A DNA stretch of 58,468 nucleotides, the filler included, from Sphacelaria rigidula (Eukaryota), in assembly GCA_964200075.2 (NCBI GenBank). It is 9 parts of 9 records of this genome, joined end to end, with 100 filler letters (N's around TTAATTAATTAA, not from the genome) between each part and the next. Parts side by side here need not be neighbours in the genome. Positions count along the whole stretch, not along the records: positions 1 to 6,408 come from CAXNAA020020253.1; positions 6,509 to 12,916 come from CAXNAA020020254.1; 7 more parts are not named here. One strand, written 5' to 3'. The notes beneath the pieces were generated by a model, which was given only the letters and a program-made list of their open reading frames with translations, ran no database searches and was not told where the DNA came from. The position numbers were made by a program, and so were the translations under genes. Of this stretch, positions 1-11,468 are shown in pieces. Position 1 is the stretch's first letter. Each line of letters opens with the position of its first letter.

Positions 1-261
1 TGGCTTGGGGGTCAAAAGGTGGGTCAAACGTCATAAAAGTAAACAATCCGTTGGCCAAAAATCTGTTTGCCATAACATCCAGCCTAACTCCTTAAAACGG
101 TGTGAAGTTTCGCCGATGAGTGTTTTTTGAGTGATGTGCGTGAACCAGCCTGTACACTTTTTGAAAATGCAATATAATGTCCACGGTGTTGCGTACTGTA
201 GCAATGATCCCGCCCCAATACAAGCTCTCCCGCGCAGCCAGTAACCTCCATCATATATCAA

Positions 262-264
<3 letters not shown>

Positions 265-301
<37 letters not shown>
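265..301. repeat. (TG)n microsatellite
   Basis: Uninterrupted TG run in an intron. Confidence 0.95.
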
Positions 302-303
<2 letters not shown>

Positions 304-447
304 TCCTTGTTGTGCATGGTGTGCTGCGGCTCGACAGATTCACAAGTTCCACAGTTATCTTACCAAGTGTAAAACAGCTTGACAAACGGGACAGGAACAG
401 AAACGGAAACGGGAACGGAAACAGAAACAACCAAAGGAGAAGCATAC

Positions 448-558
448 CTGGAGGTGGCTGAACATGCTCTGCAGCTGCCACATGAGACTATCTTCCGAAG
501 GTCCTTCGCTGTCGTGAAACGCCAAAACGCCTCGTCGAAATTCTGGTACCATGAACAG
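448..558 (-). CDS. USP9/24/34-like ubiquitin-specific protease, exon following the Cys-box (partial gene)
   Basis: 111-nt phase-0 exon (acceptor ccgcag, donor gtatg) encoding LFMVPEFRRGVLAFHDSEGPSEDSLMWQLQSMFSHLQ. It joins in frame to the Cys-box exon and resembles the USP9/24/34 segment LQQLYM.P..R..IL...VL.QLQ.LF.HL. Confidence 0.85.
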
Positions 559-2656
559 CTGCGGAACCACCGCGGGCGACCGGGGGGGGGGGATTAAGGG
601 GAGGCTTGCGCGTCATGTGCTTGATGCATTATACGATACCAATACCGCTGCAGGAACAAATAGTCCGAATTTTGAAGTCCGAGCAACTTGTGGGTGCTAG
701 TCACTGCATGGATTTACACATGGTGAGGGATGGACCATTTTCGATATGTCTGGATAAATTAATGACTAATGACCTCACAAAAAAAAAAAACATTCTTCTC
801 GAAAAAAATAGGATTCTGCGTAATATAGCTACTCCTCGCACCCACCCCTACTGTAGCGACAGGTCCCATATCATTTTTTTTTTTTTCGGAAGGAATATCG
901 CCTACAATAAGCAAGAGGGAACCCTGCTGTTGAGCTCTCAACTACCGACGACGCACTGCACCGATGCGGAAGGAGCCGGACATGGGGAAGAAATGTGGCG
1001 GGAACATGGCATTGCAACACCACGCACACCGAACACAACTTACACAAGCCTTAAGTTGCAACCTCCACCGTCCGAATAGTTTTTCGTGTATTTGTACCCC
1101 CTCTGTCCCATAAGTCTTTGCCGTTATGCTCGTTTGATTGTTTGAGTATTTCAACGCTGACGATCATCCTACAGTTGGGTTCATCAGAGAGATAACGCGC
1201 AGACGAAGCTGACTCAAGAAAAGAAGAGAAAAAAAAAACTTGTTTCTATACGAAAATTCGGTCAAAATATATCCCATTCTGGCCCTTTTTGGTCCACTTA
1301 CACCTCAATGTTGACCGATTTTGGACGTTTTTACGTCGAGTTCCAGCAATTACACGCTGAAAATTTGTTAGATGGGGCGTGCGTAGGTTAAAGTCACTGA
1401 GATATTTCAATCAGAGGTGGTTTTGCGGTTTTCACTTTATTTCCCGATTTTTCCCGATTTCCGGGTCTGTTATGCTTTACTGGGGGAAAAAAAAGCGAAA
1501 AATGGCCATATTTTGACCGCACCACTTTTTCTCGGTCGCGAGGCTGCACGGGTCAAGCACCCACGTTGCAGAAAGAGTATTGTTTTTAGCTAAAAAAAAA
1601 TGAATGCAACCAAAAACTCGAAAACCGAATCGAACATCGTTAAGGGTCCATACAAACATAGCGGCACAGACTTATGGGACAGGAAGTATCAACAGTGTCC
1701 TTCTAATTCTGCATTTTCCCCATCTTTCTCCCTCTCTATATATGTGTGTATGTGTTCTTTCCTGCCGGTGTATGTCAGAGCAGTGTGATACCTCGCTTCA
1801 TTGTGTTTCTTCGCGGATAAGAGGGTCCATACCCTGTATAGAGCATGTGCACTAGATGAGCTGCAATGCTTTCCTTTTCACGGCCTCTTGTTTTTTACGG
1901 CTGGCTATGAGTGTGGTTCTGCGCAAGACCTTGTACGCCGAAGCCATGTGGCAGAAACCAGCCATTTCTTTCTTTCCGTTTTTTTTTTTCACGTCTCAGT
2001 TTACAATATTATTGTTCTGTTCTTCAGCGTTTTTCATGTTCCTTCTTTTCTTCGGCGAGTGTTTCGGCTTTGCTTTGTCTTTCGGGTACATCTATCATGT
2101 AACCATGGCTGGATCCCTGGGGGGTCAGTTCAAGTGACAATCACTCTATGGAATCAATCAAGCACGTTTCTTGCAGGTCGAAGGACTACGGGAGCGGCCA
2201 TCAACCGATGCTCGAGACAAAGGCTACGGACTCGTTTCGAATGAGACAGAGCGGAAAGGCTGAAAAAAAAGAATGACGAAGATGAAAAAAAAAAAAAAAA
2301 AGGAATAGATGTCCACGTAGAGTACACCCATTCGTCCAACATGCAGACGTGCAAGGTCCTTACACATGAATGATTGATGCTATTAATAGTCGAAAAATAT
2401 ACACCCCGTTCCGTCACAAATCATAACGAAACGAAACGAACGACCAAGAACCACGGAAAACGAACAGAAACACAAAACACTTTTTTGCACACGAATATTT
2501 CCACCAGATGAAAAAAAAAGGGAGAAAAAAAATAATCAATCGCACTATCCTGGGAAGGAAAGGAAAGCTTTCGTACGTTGTATGTTGTAACACGGCCAAG
2601 GAATTCGTCGTTGCACCACTACTGAACCGCGCTGCTCTGGATCATGGTAGTCTTAC

Positions 2657-2900
2657 CTGCTGCAGCGTGCTGTTCATGTAGCATATGCATCCCATGTTCT
2701 TCAGTCCCACATAGCCAGTCCTGCTCTTGTGGCTCTTGTGCTTCACCACGCCGCTTGTCCCTTGGCTCCCACCCTGCTGCCCACCGCCATGTTGATGTTG
2801 CTGGGGATGCCTGCTGGGTCCGGACGAGCGGATCGCGGTTCCCGCCTGCCCCTCCCCATCGTTCATGCCTGATGCCGTCGTTGTGCCGGATCCGAAAGAT
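2657..2900 (-). CDS. USP9/24/34-like ubiquitin-specific protease, Cys-box exon
   Basis: Encodes ...KSRTGYVGLKNMGCICYMNSTLQQ, the peptidase C19 catalytic Cys box (G-L-x-N-x-G-x-x-C-Y-M-N-S). Pyrimidine tract plus cag acceptor and gtaag donor. Confidence 0.9.
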
Positions 2901-4243
2901 CTGCTGCCGTCAAGAGAAAACAATCACAAAAAGGACGTATGCCTGGATAAGTACATGTATATACGAGAACTTGATATTATCGTGACACAAAAAGTTGACG
3001 CCTGGTCCGTGCAGTATTCATTACCCAGTGCAAGCTATAAGTTATCGGTTCAGGATCCATACATCGGGATGATTTATGTAGCGAATTAGTTTCTTTTGCG
3101 AGATGGCCCAGCGTTCAAGATCGGCACCCGACAAACACTGAGGGCCCGTATAAGTACAGCCCAAAAACTAAAACATGGGACATGTCCTGTTTCACTGTAC
3201 TGCAGCGCAAACACATTCACGCCATCATTCATGCGCTGTAGCTATCACTGTACTGTGGTGTGTTCGAACTTCGCGAAGACCGTTTGGCTTCCGCTGAGAT
3301 CGCCTGAGCTGCTGTATTGTCGTTGTATTCGTATCTGCAGAACAGCTGGAACTTCATGGTGTCTTGACTGTTTCGTCTTTCTTAAAACGATCAAAGGCTC
3401 TGCCCAGACCCACCATTTGCTCCATACCAAACACGGCTGGGTAAAAATACAAAACCAGCGCCGGTATAAACCGCTCGACCGGCTGGGCCAGGCCCCGTGC
3501 TCCGATGAACGGAGCAGCCCACAGTACAGCGCAGGTATACTGCACCGCCAGGGTACTTACTGATTGCACCCGACAGCATGAAGGTCGCTGGTGCTGGCAG
3601 GCGCCAGGGCTCGCGGCCACAGAAGAACGCAACCAGTTATACTAAGATGGGAGTATACCGATACACAGGTATTGATTGCATTGGTCTCCTGCGGCGGCAA
3701 TTCAACACCGCTACCTGCTTGTGTGCTTGCTGTTTGGTTTCTCTGCTGCCGCTTCGTCCTGGCGCGACTGTACATTCAAGTACTGTCTGTAGTATGTACA
3801 CTGCAGGCGTGACTCAAGCCTGCGAGCCAATCAAAAACATTTTTCACTACATAATTCACCACAAATGTCGCAGTGGCGCTACTGTACATTTCTCCGATTC
3901 CTCATTGAACGGTCTGTGATTCGTTGAATTTTCCATTTCACTTCAAAAATGTATCCCCACGTATGGGCGTTGTCCCAAGCTATCATAGCTTGCTGAGTCA
4001 TTATTATATCCTTGGCCAGGTCTCAAATACTGCATTGATGTTGTTGCAGTGGTTGGTTGCCTGGCAAAGGGTCGTGCCTCAGGGTCGTGATACTGAAGAG
4101 TTTGATGTGCGGTACGTTTCGATCAATGTGATCGGCGTCATTCAAGCGTTGGGAATCGTGTGGAATATTTCGGTCTACGGTACGGCATTGCAATCGACAA
4201 GCGTCGAATGTGCGTTTTTGTGTGCGGAGTCTCAATGTTGTTG

Positions 4244-4604
4244 TTAGACCGTTTCGTGCGACTGTTTTTTTCGTCTGGGGCGTATTTTTCACTCTCGGGA
4301 CATTTGACACGGTTTTTGGATCGCCAAACAAGGAATATCGCCATGAAACGTGTTTTCATCACCTCGGGTGAAAATACCCGCTGACATGGCATTTTTGGTC
4401 AAACTGTATTTTTGTTCACAGGCCATCCTCGAAACCTCGGAACCAAGCGAATCGGGAAAGTGGCCTAGATTCTGCGGGGTGATGCAACATGTCCAAGACG
4501 TGCGATGGCGATATTCCCTGTTTGGGGGCCAAAAACCGTGTCAAGCATTCCAAGAGTGATAATTACGCTCCTGGGGAAAAAACAGCCCGTAAGAAACGGC
4601 TTTA
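4244..4604. mobile_element. Fold-back MITE in USP intron
   Basis: About 100-bp imperfect terminal inverted arms, e.g. ttgacacggtttttgg...aaggaatatcgccat versus atggcgatattccct...ccaaaaaccgtgtcaa. No coding capacity. Confidence 0.75.
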
Positions 4605-5476
4605 GTGTTATTATTATCTTCATTGGTGTTATTTCCGCCGCTCTAACTTCACCTCTCGAACTCGTGGTCACATATTACATATTACGGATAGTTAAGCCGT
4701 GCGTGCGCAATAAGCCTTGTATCACGGTGCCAGTCTTCGTACAGCGTCGTGATTTATAAAGAGTACATGAACGGAAAAATCTACTGCATGAAAGCAAAAA
4801 TAACCAACACTCCACACACTTTGCCTCGTCCAGTCTCTATACAATACAGCACAGGATCTCGTACCAACCAGAATAGGCACCACACGCCCATCTTCCATTT
4901 TAGGCCATTAAGGGCAGGGGGTCTTTGAATCCCGCATATGAAGAAAATCCGGGCAATGAAACCACCAATAGCCGGAGAGACAGACTCCTAAACTGAGGTT
5001 GACTTCAGCGATAAAAAAACGCTCCTCTCATCGGGCTCGGGTGAAGGCTACATATTACACACTGCACACTGTTTTGAGATACTCGTACTTGTGCTGCCAA
5101 ATAGAATTGGCCGCAAGCCAGAGAAATCGCACTGACGCAGTGACCAACTACAGGAAAATATGGAGTGAGCGAGGGAGCTCAGTTGCCTGCAGACACGTTT
5201 TTGCATGGGGGACACCGCTGCGGCTGCTGCAGTTTGCCTTAATGGCCAAAGAGCGAGGTTCCTATGTCCATACCTGCATGTGCGTATGGGAGGGGGTTGG
5301 GGGGGGGGGAGACGAGCCCCCCCGATCGACAAACAATTATTTTGAAACAAACATGAACTGCACACGACTAACAGTCAACGTCCAGACTTTGTGTGCACGG
5401 CAGAATATGTCATAAATTATACCCCGCTCGCCGTGGTGCTGCGGTGCTGCGGTGTTATGGTCTAGCTCTCACTCAC

Positions 5477-5565
5477 CGCTCTTTACGGTTCCCGCTGCTT
5501 GTTCGCTTGCCAAGCACTTCACTCGTGACTCCAAGGTGGTGATGTTTCCCCACCAGTTCCGCCGC
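5477..5565 (-). CDS. Probable upstream exon of the same USP gene
   Basis: gtgcag acceptor and gtgagt donor. Encodes AAELVGKHHHLGVTSEVLGKRTSSGNRKE plus CG, and its phase-2 end joins in frame to the Cys-box exon. Confidence 0.6.
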
Positions 5566-6349
5566 CTGCACGCAGCGAGGCCGTGGACACGGGGGGCGAA
5601 CGGCACGTAAAAAAAAGGCGCCATAACCATAACACGAGACGATCGAGGCGGCTGAGCACAAAGTGCGGTACGCAAAGAGACCGAAATCCAACCTCTGGGT
5701 GGCTGACAACACCACATGGTACTGCAGGGGGGAAGGGGGGCCGGGGAGGGGGCACCTACCGTTACGATCGATATATGTGCCCAGGGGTGAGCTGTTTCGA
5801 ACATGGGCCCAAGTTTCATGGATCGAAGTGTCAACGTGCAGATCGAAGAGATTCTTGAATGTGAAATATCGTTTACCTCACCCTCGACACAAATATCAAC
5901 GGCGCGCCTGCGGTAAAAAGATGACAATATTAGAAAAAAAAAAAGGTACGGAAGACGCATTGAAGTTTCGTCCTGATGCAGTGCGTGGAGTCTACGACTT
6001 CGGCTGCTTCCCCAACGACTGTATCCACGCACAAACAGCGTGGAACAGCTCGTTGGTACCTTCACATGCAAATCTCGTATCGCCGGTCGCCGCATAATCT
6101 ACCAAGCTAGACTCGACTATTTTCAGCAACGGTAATCAATTCATCAACACCACTTCCCTGCCGAGAGCAACCGGTTCATCAATGGAATGCGGGGTTGAAT
6201 GGACTCACCAACTGTGTGTTTGACGAACAGTCCTTCGCCAAGGCGGTCAGCAGTCTGAAGGCTACGGCCCGGCTTCTTTGGCTCTTGCACTTGGGAGGGG
6301 GCACTTCCTCAGCCTTATAGCGACGTCACGCGGGCGCAGAGGAGGTGGG

Positions 6350-6408
6350 GGGGGGGCGTACTCATTTGTTGCTTGCCTTAGTCGTTTGACCATTGACCAC
6401 GCATCCCT
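6350..6408 (-). mobile_element. 3' end of LINE family (contig ends inside it)
   Basis: Reverse complement of the LINE 3' end at ~33500-33560 (gggatgcgtggtcaatggtca...gcaacaaatgagtacgccccc). Confidence 0.8.
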
Positions 6409-6508
6409 NNNNNNNNNNNNNNNNNNNNNNNNNNNNNNNNNNNNNNNNNNNNTTAATTAATTAANNNNNNNNNNNNNNNNNNNNNNNNNNNNNNNNNNNN
6501 NNNNNNNN
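6409..6508. other. Artificial contig spacer
   Basis: 44 N + TTAATTAATTAA + 44 N. Confidence 0.99.
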
Positions 6509-6510
6509 GA

Positions 6511-6541
<31 letters not shown>

Positions 6542-6814
6542 ATTTTGATAGTTTTAAAAAACGCCCCCCGGGGGGGGGGGGGGGGGGGGGGGGGCTACGT
6601 GTCCGAAAGTTTTCTCCGCGCTACCCCCTGACCTAGCGGTAAGTGTTTTTGACCTGGACGACTTTTCCCTGGAGATTGCATGTCATACACATAGCCGTCA
6701 ATGAGCATCCTCACCATCTTTGCTTGTCCATCCACTTCTCTTGTCGGGTCCATCACATGGGGCACACCGCTATTGGCTGTCATTAGTGATGTTTCTTTTT
6801 GGGTAATGCTATTT

Positions 6815-7620
6815 CCAAGTCGCGATTTGGACATAGTAGGTTATGTCCAAGTCACCCGTAGCCACCGTTCAAGCCATCGCACGGTCGAAACGGCCTCGTA
6901 GCGGACGAGAAACGCGCCTGCTGCACAATGCCAAAAATATACCGCCGCCCGACTGGAGGTGGACATGAGCTACCATGTACAAGTCGCGAGTTGGACATAG
7001 CTTATGTCCACCACCAGCGATTGGACTACCTGTCCGCGCTCGTCCCATGTGCCTTGTATCGACACTACAACACGTGTAATACACTTACACAGTCCGTAGC
7101 CACCGTTCAAGCCATCGCACGGAGCAAACGGCCTCGTAGCGGACGAGAAACGCGCCTGCTGCACGATGCCAAAAATATACCACCACCCGACTGGCGGTGG
7201 ACATGAGCTACCATGTACAAGTCGCGAGTTGGACATAGCTTATGTCCACCACCAGCGATTGGAATACCTGTCCGCGCTCGTCCCATGTGCCTTGTATCGA
7301 CACTACAGCACCTGCAATACACTCACACAGTCCGTAGCCACCGTTCAGGTCATCGCACGGAGCAAACGGCCTCGTAGCGAGCGAGAAACGCGCCGGCTAC
7401 ACACAATGCCAAAAAATACCGCCACCAGACTGGAGGTGGACATAAGCTATGTCCAAGTCCAGCGATTTGAATACCTTTCCGCGCTCGTCCTATGTGCCTT
7501 GCATCGACGCCACAGCATCCGCAATACATTCACACAGTCCGTAGCAATCGTTCAAGCCATCGCACGGAGCAAACGGCCTCGTAGCGGACGAGAAACGCGC
7601 CTGCTGTACACAGTGCCGAA
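6815..7620. repeat. Tandem repeat, ~238-bp unit, ~3.5 copies
   Basis: ccgtagccaccgttcaagccatcgcacgg...aaacggcctcgtagcggacgagaaacgcgcctgctg recurs at ~6856, 7093, 7331 and 7538 (last period ~207). Confidence 0.9.
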
Positions 7621-7718
7621 ACACACTATCAATACTGCATCCGACTGTAATTGGACATGGCTTTTGAAAAAATGCGACTTAGGCAAGTTGGACATGAGAT
7701 ATGTTGGGTGAGGGCATG

Positions 7719-10359
7719 CACACGTGGACAGATAGCACCCTATGGAGGGGGTCTACAGGGTTTTACGTACCCTGCGCAGTGTTTCTGGCGTAGCACAGGG
7801 TTCCTCTCCACAGGGTTTCCCTACAGTGGTCATGAATAGTGTGCATCACAGGGTTCCTCTCCACAGGGTTTCTCTACAGTGGTCATGAATAGTGTGCATC
7901 ACAGGGTTCCGTCGCCCCGTAATGAGTTCATCGCTGCTGGGAATGCTGTGCAGCGTGTTTACGCACAAACACTACTCCTCACATGCAGCTGCGGGCGCAA
8001 GGTACTGGCGGAAAAAAGAACTGATTAGGTTGGACGGGGAATCGATCCCGGACCTTTGTCGTTGAACAAACTCTCTGTCTCACACACGGAGCTACGCGTG
8101 CTAGTCGTTAAGGATCGGGCGAGTTTTTTGTACTTCTGAATTTTGGGGCGGCCCTCGAAAGTCCGTGTCAACAACACTGAAATCCCTCGAATTGTTTTTA
8201 GAGGCACGAGTGTAATGGAAATCTGAAATTTGGACAGCCGCTACTGTTCGAAATAAATCCTAATTCCAAACTTGGAATATAGTTGAGAAAGGATTCATTT
8301 CGAAGAGCTTCAGCTGTACAGACAATCCCATATACACTGTATATCGCAGATGGAATTTGTACACCACCAAGAACACCTGAAATTGGGTGGAGAAAGAACT
8401 TGCTCGCGAGCAGCTTCAGCTGTTCAAGTCCTATATACTGCACGCAAGCTTTTGTTGCAGCTGATGTCATGATAGCAGATAGCAATTGACCTCGCTCATA
8501 GATGCATACACCTGATGAAAACCCCGTAGTCCCGCGTCGACGAAACTAACACAATATACAGGGGATAATGAAACATCGATCTTATCGCATACTGCGTAAT
8601 CGGGATATATATTCACAACAATAAACTATACTGGACTGTACAATACCATTGCATGCGGGACAGTGCGCTATACCGCCGTGCTTATACGTGCGGCGCCATG
8701 TACTGCAGCTGGCTGGCTATAAATACAATGTAGATGCCTGCAGCTTATTTTGATTTATGGGGCGGGTGTTATATACCGTCACGAAATCCAGTTTTTCACG
8801 CCCGTTCCACATCATATATTTGCGCGCACAGCTGCTGCAGCACAGTAAGTAGGGCGTGAAGGGGAAGGGGAAACGTATGCAGTACAGACAGCGCAGGACA
8901 ATGTGTATATGTATGTTCTCTACCTACAGTGCGACGTGAAAATGACTTGAACAACGTGCAGCATATCGTAAACGCGCGGCCTGTATGCTGCACTACAGTA
9001 TGTTATATCGCGGTGCGTCCGCGATCCGCAGCATGCATATGATGGTCAGTGTGTATATGCATACCATAGGCGGCTGGTTGATTATTGTTCCACGCACCCG
9101 CGCCTGTATACGCACCCCGCGTGTGTCGTCGCCGCGCGATGTCGCGACCATGAAAGAAGTAGGTGCTCAAGGTTCCACCAACGAGAAATACATCATATCC
9201 ACCCGCACGGCAGTGTGTATGTGTCTATATCCCTGTGCCCAACCCGTGCTCATTGCTGCGGGGTTGTGGTGGTATTGCTGGGCGGAATAATACTGTTCTG
9301 CGGGCGGGTGCGTTCATTGATGTTCGATTTGTGTGCAGTGATGAATATACGGAGTGATGGTCCACATATATACTATTCATATACGATTGAACAAGTGATA
9401 TTTTCTAAACATGGTTCGTGTTAGTAGAGGACCGAAGTCGTTTAAAAAAAAAAGATGTAAATAGATTGACGAGGTATACCCGATCGCCTGGCATCTCCCC
9501 ACCTTCCCAGGGGCTTCAGTCGAAGCGCAGGTGTAGACATACACACGTATCCAACGTGTGGGATCTCTATTTAGGGAAAGCGGTTGAGAGCTATTCATCC
9601 TTTAGCCCATGTACACATGGACTGGGGGGCAAAATGATGAAAACCTTTCAGCAACTTTTTCTGCGTGTCGGATCCCATGCGCTGGTATCGATGCAGTATG
9701 CGGCATTTGCAAAGCAGCTGACGCTGCTCGCCATAAATATCTTTTCCCCCAATCTCTGGATGAATTCGAGGGAAAAGATAATATTTACTTCGAGCTTCTG
9801 CCGGTCAAATTCCGAATCTGCCAGTTTGCATGGGATTTGCGCAGCAGAAGGAGCTGTTCGAAATAGATCATTTTTCGCTCATCTCAAAAATGGGCGAAAA
9901 AAGGATCGATCTTGAACAGCTTCTTCTGCTGTTCTAAATAAATCCTTTTCTTTGCCGAAATTAATTGGGCGAGAGAAGGATCTGTTTTGAAGAGCTTGTC
10001 CTGCTGTTCAAAACAAATTCCTTTTCGCTCGATTCAAATCGGGTGAAGAGGAATTTACCTCGGACAGGAGGACAAGCTATTGAAGATATACTGAATTACA
10101 GATTTTGTACCAAATATTTGGAATTTTCAAAAGAAAAACTTGAGGTTTTTCCACCAAAACACTACCACATGACTGTGCAGGGCTTTGCTGATGTGCCTAC
10201 ACAGGGCTGCAAATCCAACCCTGGGGAAAACCTTATCAAAACGCTACGAGGGGTACAGATTTTGCATTTCACCGTCAGTTTTTTTTTCACAAAGACTGTG
10301 GAGGGTCCTGTACGGATCCTGCACAGTGCGCCCCACAGGGTGCTATCTGTCCACGTGTG
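7719..10359. mobile_element. Non-autonomous TIR element with CACAC termini (CACTA/EnSpm-like)
   Basis: cacacgtggacagatagcaccctatgg (7719-7745) is the reverse complement of ccacagggtgctatctgtccacgtgtg (10333-10359) with 1 mismatch. Has subterminal cacaggg motifs and a ~53-bp duplication at 7794-7910. No transposase ORF and no clear TSD. Confidence 0.7.
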
Positions 10360-10363
10360 AAAG

Positions 10364-10948
10364 GTGATCAAGTATCTAAATGAGACAAAGGAGTTTGGAC
10401 TCACGTTCAAGAAAGAAGATGACAGGCTTTCAGTATACTGCGATGCAGACTACGCTAAAAAGGAAACGGATAGATGGTCGGTGTCAGGGGTAGCTGAAAT
10501 ATACGGTGGTGTGGTAGTGTCGGCAACGAGCCGCACGCAACACTGTGTGACTTTGTCAACCACGGAGGCGGAGTATGTCGCAATGGCCGAGGGGGCAAAG
10601 GAGGGACTGTTTGTAAAGGCAGTGTTGACCTTCCTGCGACCTCAGACTGTGTCGGGATGCGGGGAGGATCACGGTATTGTTTTGTACGAGGACAACGAGG
10701 GAGGAAAGACTCTGGCCGAAAATCCCCTCAGTTCCGAAAGGAGTAAGCACATCGACGGAAGGTATCACTTCATTCGAGAGCTGGTGGGGACGGAAAAGAT
10801 CAGGGTTGTGCATGTAGGTTCAGGATGGAAGCATGCTGATATTTTGACGAAGCCTCTCTCGATCAACGTGTTTACGAGGCACAGACGTTTTTGTTTAACT
10901 TGGAAGGTGACAAGTAGGCACGTTGTTTTTTGTGTACCCTCGTGCTAG
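10364..10948 (+). pseudogene. Ty1/copia RT C-terminus + RNase H fragment
   Basis: YCDADYA..DRWSVSG...SRTQHCVTLSTTEAEYVAM...YEDNEG...SKHIDGRYHFIRE...ADILTKPL are canonical copia RNase H motifs. 5'-truncated at the CACAC element. Confidence 0.92.
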
Positions 10949-11209
10949 CTCCGGGTATTTTCAGGTGTTAGTGATGAATGTATGCGCATTTTGAGATGAG
11001 CCACCCACGCTGCTTTGAGGGACATGTGTTCTGTAGGGCGTTTCCTGACATGGCGTCTATTTGCCTTGACCGGCGTCCATGGATTATCTAGATGGAGCGC
11101 AAGCTGTTGAGGGGAGGGGGTTTTTGCTCGGATGGCCGGGTTTCCCCCTTGAAACGTTTTATTTTAGAGAGAGATAGCCACGGCGACTGATGTACCGGTT
11201 CAGAGGGGG

Positions 11210-11468
11210 TGTTCATGTGAACGGGTACACTGAGTGAACATGCACACGTGCAGATAGATTTATGCTAACGCACGGGTATTGGTAGTCAAGTGTGTGTGAC
11301 TACAGTACCATGCTCAGGCCGGCTGCGACACTGCCGTCTAAGTTCACTCCACATTTGATCCCTCTGTCATAGGATCGATTCCGTGAAGACACTCTCCAAT
11401 AATACAAAAGATAAAACTATCTATCCTTCGCCACGGGCCACGGAATAGTGTCATCTCACCTCACCTCA
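11210..11468 (+). repeat. Putative copia 3' LTR
   Basis: Begins TGTTCATG immediately after the PPT and ends ...ctcacctcacctCA. The end is inferred because no partner LTR lies in the contig. Confidence 0.6.

Larger units (their letters stand above)
10360..11468 (+). mobile_element. 3' part of Ty1/copia LTR retrotransposon (RT end/RNase H, PPT, 3' LTR)
   Basis: RNase H-type ORF, then polypurine tract cagagggggt at 11201-11210 and a putative LTR from TG (11210) to CA (11468). Confidence 0.85.

Noticed and set aside
3561..3641. Extra USP exon with a gtaagt donor
   Set aside because: The flanking exons already join in frame and the translation shows no USP-like features.
6815..7620. CRISPR-like array
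   Set aside because: Whole units are repeated with no unique spacers, the context is eukaryotic, and there are no cas genes.
8198..8489. ORFs on both strands as cargo genes of the TIR element
   Set aside because: Short, with no recognisable motifs, and the region is explained by hairpin repeats.
11243..11258. cacacgtgcagatag inside the LTR as another CACAC terminus
   Set aside because: Short imperfect match with no partner or subterminal repeats, so probably coincidental.
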